DNA of 64,000 bases from Mytilus californianus (taxonomy: Eukaryota). Of the stretch, positions 52,346 through 64,000 are shown piece by piece. The stretch lies in NCBI RefSeq assembly GCF_021869535.1, contig NW_026262679.1, positions 89,900,001 through 89,964,000 of the forward strand. The letters run 5' to 3'. The notes beneath the pieces are model-generated. The model saw only the letters and a list, made by a program, of their open reading frames with translations, was not told the origin of the DNA and searched no databases. The first letter of the stretch is position 1; each line of letters begins with the position of its first letter. Both the position numbers and the translations under genes were made by a program.

Positions 52346-54324
52346 ATTAGATATTCCATTCAATTCAAATGTTATTGTAATTCATTAATATTTATATGGC
52401 GGGTGTTCCTGTTTTAGTAGAATATTTTGGTTTATATTGAATTTTTCTGATTGTTTACTCATTTCTTAGTTTTCTTGCTCCTTTGTTTTTTCGTCACTGT
52501 CATATATATCAATTATAAAATGTTACTGACTGTAAAAACAAAGGTAACATGCAACAAATTAAAAAAGATATGAATCCCTGTACTCGATTCTTGAGACCGT
52601 TTTAAAACGGACCCATTGGTTTCTTATTTATCGTAATACTGCTAGGTTATGGTAAAAATATTTCAGAACAGAAAGTTATCATTAAATTGAGAAAGGTTAA
52701 CATTTATCAACATTGTAATATGTTCTTTGTGAATTATTGGGAAAATATAATATTGTCCCTCACTTAATTAAAGTTATTTACTTAAATATGTCAGGTTTTA
52801 AGGTCAAGAATGCCTTATTTCTTATTCACATTTTCTTAAAAAAAAACCGGACTATTTGTTTAAAAACCCAGATCTACACTCGAAAAAAGTGGACCGATTC
52901 ACCCGAAAAAAAACATGATCTACGCCGGACACTGTACTTACCGTGATACTACTGTTGCCGTTATTTGTTACATAGAAATATAGCGTTATTGTTCCTTACA
53001 TTTCATATACATGTATGCAACGGAACATTTACAAAGAATCAATAGAAATATTTTAGACTATAGCTACTATTCTCAAACACGAATCACCTACTTAGAAAAT
53101 GAAGTCATTCGAAAATTGAATAGTTCAAGTTTGATTCATTAGGTGACTTGATGAACTATCGGTAATGGTTTTCTTCTTTTATGTATCCTACTATCAGCCA
53201 ACTATTGTACAAATAACAGTTATACAAATAAGTTTTTGCTTTATTTGTACTTGAGTAAATAAAGTATCCTGTAACTCCACTTCCACATTGATGTCTATGT
53301 GGATATTTATTATTGCGTTACAGTTCATGTGGGGGTCCTCTCCGCGGTCCGCGTTTAAACTATGACGATTTCTTTGAAAATCAGAGAAAAATTGATTGAT
53401 TTTGATTTAAACAATAAAGCTTGAAGTGCCGGGTGTAAATTGCAGGACAATAACAATATATGTTCATTTTCGGAAATATAAAATGTATTTGTACTCGATA
53501 CTCGGCGGTGGCTATCTTAATCTATATATTATATTTTGTCTTGTAAGGACTTTTATTGTCGGTGGTATACATCAAACGTATCAAACTTAATGATAAAAAA
53601 GATTTTTGTTTTGTTTCAGTGTTTCAATATTCAAGCAGCACCACGCTTAGGGTTAAATATATCCAATTTTATTAGACATTTGAGTTTTCGATTACAACCA
53701 TTAATTCTTTGATAGGCTGTTTGCTGCTTTCGACATAGCTATTGAACCAGGTGTTTTAAAAGTAAAGTTGAAGCCGTATTTCAAAGTTTAAGGAAGTCAT
53801 CAACATGTGGCTTACCCGAATGAGACTTCATACACACATATAAAACTTATAAGATCCATTTGATCAATTCACTCCTCATTTTATGTTCCTGATAACTCCA
53901 AATGAAGGTTTTCATTATTAACAAAAAATGTCACAACTATTTATCTGTATGCAGCATCCAAGTCCATCGCTATTGGTCGTTTTAATTTTATCAGCAGTAT
54001 CTCCTATAGATATAAATTGTTTTGTCATTAATGAATCATCGAAATATACACCTCTAAATTTCTGGTTCAAAAATAGCTTATATATTAGAATAAGATTAAC
54101 GGTTTTTTTCTCACTATTTAACTAAATTAAACCTGTAATGTAGTTTTTTTAAAGAGTCTGCTGTTTGTAATACAGACAACCTTAATACAAATATATGTAT
54201 ATTCAGAAAGAAGACACAGCTACAGCAGTCAGAATCCAACCTTCAACCAGGGTTTGATTTTGAAAAGTCTTATATGTAACCGGTAAAAGGAATTCTACAA
54301 CCTAATCCATTTTAATACACTTAC

Positions 54325-54397
54325 CTTGCACAAGACATGAAGGAACTGGACAGTCTCTCTACTCCTCGTATTTGACAGGGAACTTAATCTGTCCAAA
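54325..54397 (-). other. Candidate orphan 73-nt exon (UTR or coding)
   Basis: Minus strand acceptor TTATTTACAG, donor AAG|GTAAGT, higher GC than flanks, one open frame (LDRLSSLSNTRSRETVQFLHVLCK). Confidence 0.35.
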
Positions 54398-54915
54398 CTG
54401 TAAATAATCAAAACATAATTCCTCGCAAAAATATTACACAATTTACATGCATACCAACAATTTTATCGTACTGTTATGTCAACTTATGTAAAAAAACACA
54501 TTTTTTTATTTTTCCAAATTATAAGAAATACCTTACATCACTGAGAATAATCCATAAAAGAAATGTCTAGAATGAAAAAAAAAAAAAAACAACATGCATT
54601 GACTATGAACACTTGACAAACTAAGAAGGGACAAATAAGATGCTAATGCTCGTACTTACTCATGAAGAAAATGATTATCATTCTCCTACATACACTTATC
54701 ACAGGATTTATAAACAATTTAGTACTCACATTTGAATTTTTATAGGTGTGCAAAACGTACAAAATTCCACATAGTTTGGTCAATGAATTGATATAACAGT
54801 TTTGCTCACCAACATTTGCTGGGGAAAGTCGTTTTACAATCCAAAAAGGAAACAGACGAGGATCCGTTTTATAGAATACCAGACTTAAACTTAATTCGTG
54901 TTTATTGTGTATATT

Positions 54916-56871
54916 CACTACAAACCAGTAAAAGTCTGAAATGGCCTATACCTGTACTCGACTGTACTGATTTTTACTCGACCAGTCTGAATTGGTCTGA
55001 ATTTTACTCGACATTACTCGACCCCAGTCTTAACCATACTCGACCGTACTGATTTGTACTTTACCCTTATCGTTGCCATTGAAAATAGTCTGAACTATTA
55101 CTCGACCAGTCTGAAACAGTCTTAACCCATTCTCGACCTGTACTTGACCAATTTTTTCAGTCTAAACCATACTCGACCAAAGGTCTGAACAATACTCGAC
55201 CAGTCTGAACCATACTTGACCAAAAAACCTATATTTTGTTTTAATTTTAGTTGTTAAAATTAATTTCTTTTTTTCTGACATGACAACAGCCACAATAAAA
55301 TAAAGATATATATAAAAATATATTTTTACATCCTTACATGATTCTCAGATTTATCAAACAGAGATAGTTAAATTAACTTTTTTTTATATAATAATTTAAT
55401 TATATTAATTTTAAAGTTTTAGAGTTTTGTTAAAAAAAGATTTTCTTTTAACTAAAAACCACACCTTTACTGAGGGTAATAAAACCTTATTAAGGTGCTT
55501 TTTAAATTAATTTTCCTAAATTCCTAAAGAAAAACTATATAGTTTTCATGGTTACATACAATAGTTATATAATTATCTTTTTAATGAGGTAACAACAGCC
55601 AAAAAATCACTGAAATTGTTTAACCTTATATTAGAAATATATCTATTTTTATTATAATTTGGGATATATTATATATAATATATATCAAAAGGGGATAAAA
55701 AAATTAAAGAAATAGATAAAATTTTTCTTCTGATTAGTGGTAAAGTATAAAGTAATACCTCCTGCTTGGGGCAAACTCATTAAAAAGATCACACCTGGTC
55801 AGAGAGTATTAATTTCTAATTAACATTCATTAAAAATTGCAACATCCTGTAAAACTTAAATCGCAAGGCCTTTTGAATTCACTAGATAAGTAATACACGA
55901 GTTTAAGAAAAAAGGGCTTTCTTTTTACCTGTAAAACACACATGTACTGAGGTAAATAAACCTTATTGAAGTGCTTCTTGTATGCCATGTCTTTAATTTT
56001 GTCAAAAGTTATTTAAATTTAATTGAAATAAATTTTTTCTGCAACTTTGGAACAAATTTCCTTTTTTAAATGGTTATCAAGGATTGCTATGGAAGTTCTA
56101 TTATCATGATTATATTAAATTCTTGGTTTTACAAAACAAAGGTGTAATTTTTAAAATTTATTAAGTTGCTTTATATACTATTTTAAATATATTTTGATAA
56201 AAAAAAATGTTCACTGCATTATTAACTAAACTCAACTGACACCATAAATCTATACAAGGCTTAAGTAAACGGTGAAAATTGTCCAGTAACCTTAAAATAT
56301 ATCTGAAACATTAAAAAAAATTTGAATAACATTGAAAATATTAGTCTCAATTCAGTTTTGAGATTATTTGATCAGTTTGTTTTATTTTTATTTTAAAGGT
56401 GATATATATATATATGTAAGTGTTGATAAACATGGTGTTGAATTTATACTATGTTTATTGTGAAATTTTGGTTTCAATGCCATATTGAATACATTTTTAA
56501 TTTCAAATTGTTGTTCAAATTTCTAGCCAGGGGTTATAGCTGTTAAAACAGTTCCTAAATTGATGAAATACAATAGATAGATAGATACAAAAATTAGGTC
56601 TAGGTTGGTTAAGACTTGGTCGAGTATGGTTCAGACTAGGTCGAGTATGGTTCAGACTAGGTCGAGTATGGTTCAGACTAGGTCGAGCATGGTTCAGACG
56701 AAAATAAAATGGTTAAGTACAGGTCGAGTACAAGTTCAGACTGTTAAGTATGGTTCAGACTACAGTCGAGTAGTATCAAGTTAATTTCAGACCAATTCAG
56801 ACTGGTCGAGTAAAAATCAGTACAGTCGAGTACAAATATAGGCCATTTCAGACTTTTACTGGTTTGTAGTG
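54916..56871. mobile_element. Non-autonomous CACTA (En/Spm, CMC) DNA transposon, 1956 bp
   Basis: Termini CACTACAAACCAG...CTGGTTTGTAGTG; 35-bp perfect TIR extending imperfectly to about 87 bp; 3-bp TSD ATT (54913-15 and 56872-74); subterminal TACTCGACCAGTCTGAACCA-type repeats at both ends (21-bp unit x4 near 56617-56700); no transposase ORF. Confidence 0.93.
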
Positions 56872-57517
56872 ATTGTAACTACAGATGATTCCATGATTGA
56901 CCTACCTGTTTATACAACAAATATATGTTAAGGAATGTGTTATATGCGTAAAGTTTGTTATTGTCTTGTCTCATTTGTAACTGATTATTTTAAATATGAA
57001 ATTTTGATTAAAACTTCATAGTATTACAAATTTATAACTTTGTCGAAACGCTGTCATTGAGATTGGTGGTGATAATAGCTTTGAGTGCGTGTACGAACAT
57101 GTTTTTTTCCCTATAGCATTTCATCATGAGACTTTAGATGTGTGTATTTAAATGTGACGGAGGAATCATATATCATAGATATATATTGGAATGATAATTG
57201 ATTAATTTTCCTTTTTGTCTATAGTTATGTCTCATTTTGTCATGTGATGACTATGTAGTGTGTTATGTTATTGTTATATGATATAGAGTTTAATTACATG
57301 CATCGTAAATAAAATCACTACGAATTTTAGACAGAGTCCATTGTTTATTTGTGCCACTTGGAACCATTATAATTTTACAAAAAACTCGATATAACATATT
57401 ATTGTACAGATGATCAACTATGTGGATAAAAAGTGTATGGCCATACATTTTACCGCTAGAATGATTTTTCACATGGATGTATAAAGTTATTTGAAAAATC
57501 ATTAATTTGAAATAAAT

Positions 57518-57607
57518 ATGAAAAAAGACATAGTTTACAAGATACTGATATGTATGATAGGAATTTTTCTCTGGGTTTTGCTGACTTGTCCTCATATAGA
57601 CACAGAG
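57518..57607 (+). CDS. Putative first coding exon of the GT92 gene (MKKDIVYKILICMIGIFLWVLLTCPHIDTE)
   Basis: ATG, basic tail, TM segment, donor GAG|GTACC in phase 0 matching the phase-0 acceptor at 60460. Confidence 0.5.
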
Positions 57608-60459
57608 GTACCAATTTCAATAGTACTATTTACATCATTTTATTTCCAGATAGTAGAAATATGTATCGAACGTTATCTCTTATTTAATACTATTAAACAA
57701 GGAAAGTTCATAAACGTCCAATGTTTGCAGCTGGCGAATTATTGCTTTTCACTCAGTGGAAATCGAACCCTTGTTTTTGCGATACTATTGCATAACCCCC
57801 TGCACATGGTACTATAAGTCGAGTAGTGTCGACTTTATCTAGGGTTGTAACACGGCACATGGTGTTTTGTTGCTGATAAATTTACTATTTACTGCATACC
57901 ACTATAAAACGTTTACATGTAAAGGGAATAACATCGTGAATTTTTCTAAATTCCCTATTTTGGGATTTACAGATTATAAACAGGAAACTATGGAAGTCCA
58001 TGACCCAAAACAATCTTGATCTTTTTGGTATGCTGACGAGGCGACATATATGTTTATATGTGTCCATATGTAGGACTCACATCCATGGTGGGTTCCAGAT
58101 CTATGGCAGATACCAAATCTGTAGTAACTACGACGTCATGTCATCCCAATTTAATGGCGGAATTTTTAGAAACCTAATTTATGGCAAATTTAAGTCTCAT
58201 AATCTTTGGCGGTTTTTCTTGTTTCCAAATCTATGACAGATGGAAGACCATTCATTACATATTTAACCAATTATTTGCCTTTAACCAGTGGTTTTCTCAA
58301 GAAATTTCACTTTATTTAACCGTACAGGTATTCTTTATAAATTTAATTGAAAATGATTCCGATAGTTATTAAAAACGTATGATATATTCTTTTTTTAGTG
58401 TCCATATCTAACGAAAGATTGTTTGCTACAACAGCACAGTTAGTCGCTAGAATTTCGCTGAAAAAAAGTGTAGATTATATAAAAAATAAATTTAAAGACT
58501 GTCATAGGAATAAAAAAAAATAAAAAAGAAAAGCAAAAGCATACCAAAGAATCAATGGAAAAGACCCAAAGACGAGGACAAGAAAATAAGGAGCGGAAAC
58601 AAACACAAAACACAAACATCAAAAACAAAAGCACGAACACTGCGAATTATCATTAAAATCGAGAGTGAAATCAGGTGCTCCGGAAGAGTAGGCTGATAAT
58701 TTACGCCGAATTTTATTAAATCATAGATTGAAGTTGTCTATATGTGTCCATTGCAAGTAAAAGATCATGGCTTGAAGCAGACCTTCAGGTTTCGGAACTT
58801 TTGATTTTCACTGGAAAAATAAGATGTGAGCACTCACTGACATGTTGATTACTGAGTGATCAGATATCATTAATGATATGAAAGTCAAATAATGAAAATT
58901 GGCAAGATGATACTTCATTAGTCTTCTTAATTTTTACAATTCTGCTTTAATTGAGTATAAAAGCAAGCCATTTAGTACGGATGCAATTAAAACACACTGG
59001 ATTACTGACTGTTTATTAATACATCAATTTTCCAAACCGACGTGTCCAGTATATATAATATTATCTTCGGTGTATTTGTTGTTGAAATCAGTATGGTTAT
59101 TTACAAAGTTAGTTTTTGATGACCCAAATCAAGAAAGTGTATCTACCAACCTCATCCATGTTGAGAAGCACTGTTTAATGAAATATCAAAGTCAATATTT
59201 CATTGAGCATTGATATAAGTAGTGTAGATAAATCAATTATTGCAATCATGCTATGCCTGTGAATGATATTGGTGTATCAGTGGGATTCCCAGAATTTTTC
59301 TGAATTTGAATTTCATATGATTGGCAACCTAAATATTTATTATTGCGTACTAAACAATACTGTTTTCTGCTGAAACAACAACTTTGTCATGAAGAGAGGA
59401 TGAAGAGGAAGAACATAACCCGTATCCTGGCAACAACTGGTATTAGAATACCTGTGTTTATTTCCGATGCAAGGACCATATGAGTTAATCAATATTAATT
59501 CCAAAAAATGCCATCTTTAATGACCTGGCAACAGTAACTTTATCCCCTCTGAATAAGTCTGTTTAACGGTTTGGTTAGCCTTTCAGGTGAATGACGACTT
59601 TTTTGTGCTTTGTATAGAATATTACCATAAAGACGGGATGTGAAATACCTGAACGTATAAGATGTCTGCACGATGAGTTATATTTACAAACGATGTCCAT
59701 GTACCGATGATAAAATTTAGTAAATGTTTTGACAAGTTTGTGAAATCGAAAACTCTGGTGTAATTTTTCAGTTATACAGAGATTCCTTTCGTTAAATAAA
59801 TATTTATATATTTTAACGTTTTTACAAACACGAGTGAATCGAACAAGGATGAATATTTAACAATAGGAAAGGAACAAAATCTCTTTTATCGTAAATTTTG
59901 GTATGAGCTTCCCGTTAAAGATCTAGATATCGAGATCCAGGAAAGCGTGTCATCTATCTTTAATATGCCGTTTATGATGGCAATGCGACTTATTGTACAG
60001 CCACGATTAGTTTTTAATACACACTTCTCTACCACTAGTTATTCTGTTGTGTATATTCTCATTTTAAAGTCAAGAAAAAACGGCTGAATAGGGCTTTCAC
60101 TTCATATCTACCTTTTATCGACATCATATCGCATTATTCTAACATATTTGTTGTCTGTTTCTTACGTAGTACATATATAATTAAGGGTGCAGAAAGAATG
60201 AATGCATAGTTGTGAGTTGTGTGTTATCTATCGTACTCGGTCAACTATACTTTATAAATAGTTTCGTTAGTGATCCCGTATGTCGAATTACCGGAAATAT
60301 ATATGTATGATGAAAAATAAAAATAACGATCCTTCACTTGAATCTGTGATCAAAATGCAAAGAAATCATCAAAACATATTATGTTTATTCATAAAAGAAG
60401 CAATAATGGATTAAATGTTGTCAAAATGTCCAGTGGTTAATTATTGGTTTATTTTGTAG

Positions 60460-61036
60460 AGTGTTTCGATCTGGCAAAGTTGTGATGATGATCCAATTTA
60501 TATACTGTCGGCAGTAGCTCAGCCAAAATTAGAATGGAATATTGTTGAGTATATAGTACTTAACGTACTTGACCGATCTGTTGGTATCATTTTTGACTGC
60601 TGTATTTATGGACAAAAACATGAGAACGCCTATAGGACAATGGCCCACATCAAACAAAAATACACAGTTGATAAGAGGAATGTCAGAATGTTTGCCACAC
60701 AGTACTACTGCAGCTGCCAGGATATCAGTTTCAAACCATTTAACATAGTATTAGTGGATAGGCATGCAATTTGCACGCCTAGTGAACAAATGAAGACTGT
60801 TGTCTACCCAGAAATGAAGGCAAATTCAACAGCGATATGTACAAAAGTTGCTTTTAATTATCTAAATCCAATACACCTTATAGAGTGGTTTGAATATCAG
60901 AAACTAATGGGTGTTGAAACAGTGTTAATCATGTTACAGACCCTTAATTCCGATGCTTACGCAGTTTTTAAGCACTACGAAATGGAAGGAATTGTTCTGT
61001 TGCTTTCATTCCCCGATGTTTTACCTGGATGCATTG
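60460..61036 (+). CDS. GT92/DUF23-like glycosyltransferase internal exon (gene incomplete in window)
   Basis: Acceptor TTTTATTTTGTAG ends 60459; frame open from 60460 (SVSIWQSCDDDPIYILSAVA...); AICTKVAF and LIEWFEYQKLMGV match the GT92 hallmark LxEWxEYxxxxGV; donor TG|GTGAGT at 61037. Confidence 0.8.
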
Positions 61037-62265
61037 GTGAGTTTGTCAGAAAAAAGTATGCTATTTCTATTGAATTTTATATTATTTTCATAAAACTTAA
61101 CTCAGTGTATATCAAAAAGGAAAAGTGCTCTTAAGTTTAAAAAGCATTCAAGGTTCATTTGGATATATTTAAGGTTGAGATAAAAATCAGCAACGCGAGG
61201 CTCGCCTAGCGTTTTAGATATTTAAAATTTAACTGTCGACAGTGGATTCATATCGTATTGTACGAGATTTGGTGGTGGAATCTGTTTCTCCTAATGATAT
61301 TTAGACGATATGCAGACAATCAGAATCCTTCTTTTCGAATGATCTGCAAAAAAATGTGTTCTTTCTATGTGACGTCATTAGGCATGGTGGCCTTTTCTCA
61401 TGAGGTCACATAGGGAATTTCAACGGAAGGGAAGAAAATTAAACGTCATAATCGAATTTTGACCAACGGCAAACTGAGATGAAACGAACCACACGTTGAT
61501 TAAATAAAAATAAGCAACAGGTCAGGAAAAGTATAAATCTAGTAAGAATTAGAGAAATGATAATTCATGTCATCACAAAAGTGCATAACGTCTACCAACA
61601 TTTTCATCGACCCAGTGGCTTTAAAAAAATAGACACAGATATCAAGCCTAAAATTTGAAAAGCTAGACGCACTTTTTGTCTTCATATGATTCACTCATCA
61701 GTTGAGCTCGAATCAAAACAGTTATAAGACTAAACAATATCGAAGTCGACGGACATTAAAAAACAAAATGTCTGAAACATTGTACCAAATACGGCTTATA
61801 CAATATTTTTGTGTGTTGAAAAACTTTCACTTGTATTGAACGGCCAAAGAGGTATTAACCCAGATTGAAATCATAGAAATAACTTGACACAAAATGCCAA
61901 ACTTATTACAATTTGATTTAATTTGTCTAAAAATAGCAATCCCGTTCAAGTTGTTTCAACTGCGTCATTTCAAAGTAGTGAACGGCTTGGTTAAACTAAT
62001 TTACCACGCTCCCATTACACATTCAATCTGCGGGAAGACTCATTTAACTGTATGTGTCGTAGTAACGGTGAGCATACGTAACTGATTATTTATCTTCGTT
62101 CAAATACTGGTAATGTTCTTTTAAAATGTTATTTGATTCCACAAAACAAGGAAAATTTCACTATTTTATGATTTGTAAACGTCAAGTAAAAACGTAATGC
62201 CTTTTGGACTATGTAAATATTTACACATAATTCATTTTATTTATTTATATGTCTACCTACTTTAG

Positions 62266-62331
62266 CTGAAACTACTTCAAGTATAATGTTAACATTCGAT
62301 CGAGGTAACACGAGCATGAGCAACACGAAAG
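62266..62331 (+). CDS. Speculative next GT92 exon (phase 1-1, AETTSSIMLTFDRGNTSMSNTK)
   Basis: Acceptor CTACTTTAG, donor AAG|GTGAGA, open in the phase required by the 61036 donor. No recognisable motif. Confidence 0.25.
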
Positions 62332-62879
62332 GTGAGACAATTGGAGCATATGACCTGCTTACTCATCCGAAGCACTTGAGATAATCCTCGGTTTTGATCG
62401 GGATTCGAATATTCAAATATTGTTATCTTTCAAGATAAAGATTTGTAACTGTTGCGTCCAATGCAAGCTGAACGCACTATTTATGCGTCAGTTAATTTTT
62501 TTATGTTTAAGTTATTCTTCTGTTCATCTAATTTAAGTTATTTTGGGTAATTATTAGTAAAAAGGCCAATAAAACCAGCTTATAAGAAATGGAGATTTTA
62601 CAGTACATGGTTCGATTTATTTAAAACGTAATGAAAGACTGTAACGTATACAAAATCTAATCGGAAACATTTTTACAGTAATTATTATGTGTTGATTCAA
62701 TACAACATGAAACTAAATAAAGACCGGTATAACTGTCGGATGATGAGTGAAATGTATTTTATCATACTTAAAAGTTAATGTGCCTAAATAGAATTATCAT
62801 TGATGTGGATATGATTATTAATTAACTGTTTGCAAACCTTTGAAATTTTCGACATTCTCAGGATGTTCAACTTTAAGAA

Positions 62880-63045
62880 CATATTACCTTAGCTGTATTT
62901 GACAAAACCGTTTGGAATTGTTGGTCATCAAGGCTCTTCACATTCGTTCTTTATTTGACTTTTTGAACTTTTTTGATTCAGCGTCACTGATAAGTCTTTT
63001 GCAGACGACTTTTGTCAGACGTACAAAATTTAAAGCATGGTATCT
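62880..63045 (+). mobile_element. Retrozyme family 1-type relic; degenerate hammerhead at 62981-63022
   Basis: ATTACCTTAGCTGTATTTG...GCGTCACTGATAAGTCTTTTGCAGACGAC aligns to 976-1100; core CTGATAA and GAAA lost. Confidence 0.65.
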
Positions 63046-63589
63046 ATATAGATCAACACATCTTTTTTTTATATAAATTGGTTCTGTTGAGAGCATGTTC
63101 AGGTTTTCATAAAATTTCTGAAAACAAATATTCTTCAAAACTATGTTTTCCTTGTAGAATATTTGGATTGATTTAAGTATCTTCAGGAAATCCTTAGAAT
63201 TTGCGATGAGTTTGATTTTTCCGTTCAAATCTATGTCACTGTTCCAGCCATATATTTTCCGCGAATAAGACATTCATGTACCATTGTCATCATGTCGGCT
63301 GCAGAGGTTTAGAAGGAGTAAATTCACTTGTAAACATTGTCTTGTAGCGTTATTACATGTAAACCTGGAGCTAATAACTTTCTCAGATATTTCTTATATA
63401 TATACATGATTTTGTGCAAGAGTCGTCAATTTGTCCTTGAACGTCTTCATTATCTGTTAATGTGTTACCGGAACAGAGATTGTGTGATCATGTAGATTTT
63501 TTTTGTTATCGAAGAGAGTGCTTAAAAGAATCTGTTGGTTTGAAATCTGACGTTTCCAAGAAAAGTTGATTCGAAATGCTCAAAAGAGA

Positions 63590-63860
63590 GGTGAAAGATA
63601 CCAGATGGACATTCAAACTCATAAGTCGAAAATAAAGTGACAACGACATGGCTAAAAAAGAAAAACCCAATAGACAAACAAAAGTACACAAAACACAACA
63701 TAGAAAACTAAAGACTAAGCAACACGAACCCCATCAAAATCTGGGGGTGATCTCAGGTACTCCGGAACAGTCAGCAGTTCCTACTCCTCATGTGGCACTC
63801 GTCGTGTTGCTCATGTTAGTACAAACCCGGTAATAAGTCTAATTCGGTAGTTCATATTCG
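63590..63860 (+). repeat. Interspersed repeat family E (related pieces at about 25655-25745 +, 29680-29760 -, 30480-30615 -), resembling the PLE-associated 3' tails
   Basis: GATACCA.A.GGACATTCAAACTCATAAGTC.AAAA.AAA.TGACAACG.CATGGC shared among copies. Confidence 0.75.
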
Positions 63861-64000
63861 GGAAAATTATTTGATTCTATTCAGGTAATGTTTGCAGATT
63901 CACTGCGAATTTTATTGGTAAAACACTTTAAACATTTCCTTATTTTAACATATTTCTATTTTCACTAAACAACAGTTCATTCCAGTTCCGATCGGTGCTA

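Noticed and set aside
14-64000. Remaining 60-110 aa ORFs in the track; prokaryotic or viral origin of the GT cluster
   Set aside because: The ORFs are low-complexity, often non-ATG and lie in repeats or AT-rich DNA. Splice signals, signal anchors and animal TE context indicate a native eukaryotic locus.

Overview
AT-rich eukaryotic genomic DNA with spliceosomal GT-AG introns and no operon-like gene density. The repeat families resemble those I recall from bivalve molluscs (Mytilus-like); this is not verified by search. The coding content is a glycosyltransferase cluster: three clear GT31 beta-1,3-galactosyltransferase-like genes (+ strand 1741-7030 spliced; - strand 15505-16626; - strand 35220-36183 exon), one divergent GT31-like single-exon gene (- strand 24027-24953) and the 5' part of a GT92/DUF23-like gene (+ strand, from about 57518, main exon 60460-61036, probably continuing past the window). 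The rest is mobile DNA: about 355-bp hammerhead-ribozyme tandem repeats (retrozyme-like) in three sequence families, with one fully canonical hammerhead at 1074-1117; five decayed Penelope-like RT fragments; a 1956-bp non-autonomous CACTA element with a 3-bp TSD; tRNA-derived SINE relics; several interspersed repeat families; and two minisatellites. The most interesting unexplained signal is a second structured RNA domain (candidate pseudoknot plus a covarying cUUCGg hairpin) conserved across all three retrozyme families. Nearly all short ORFs in the track are non-coding or repeat-derived.
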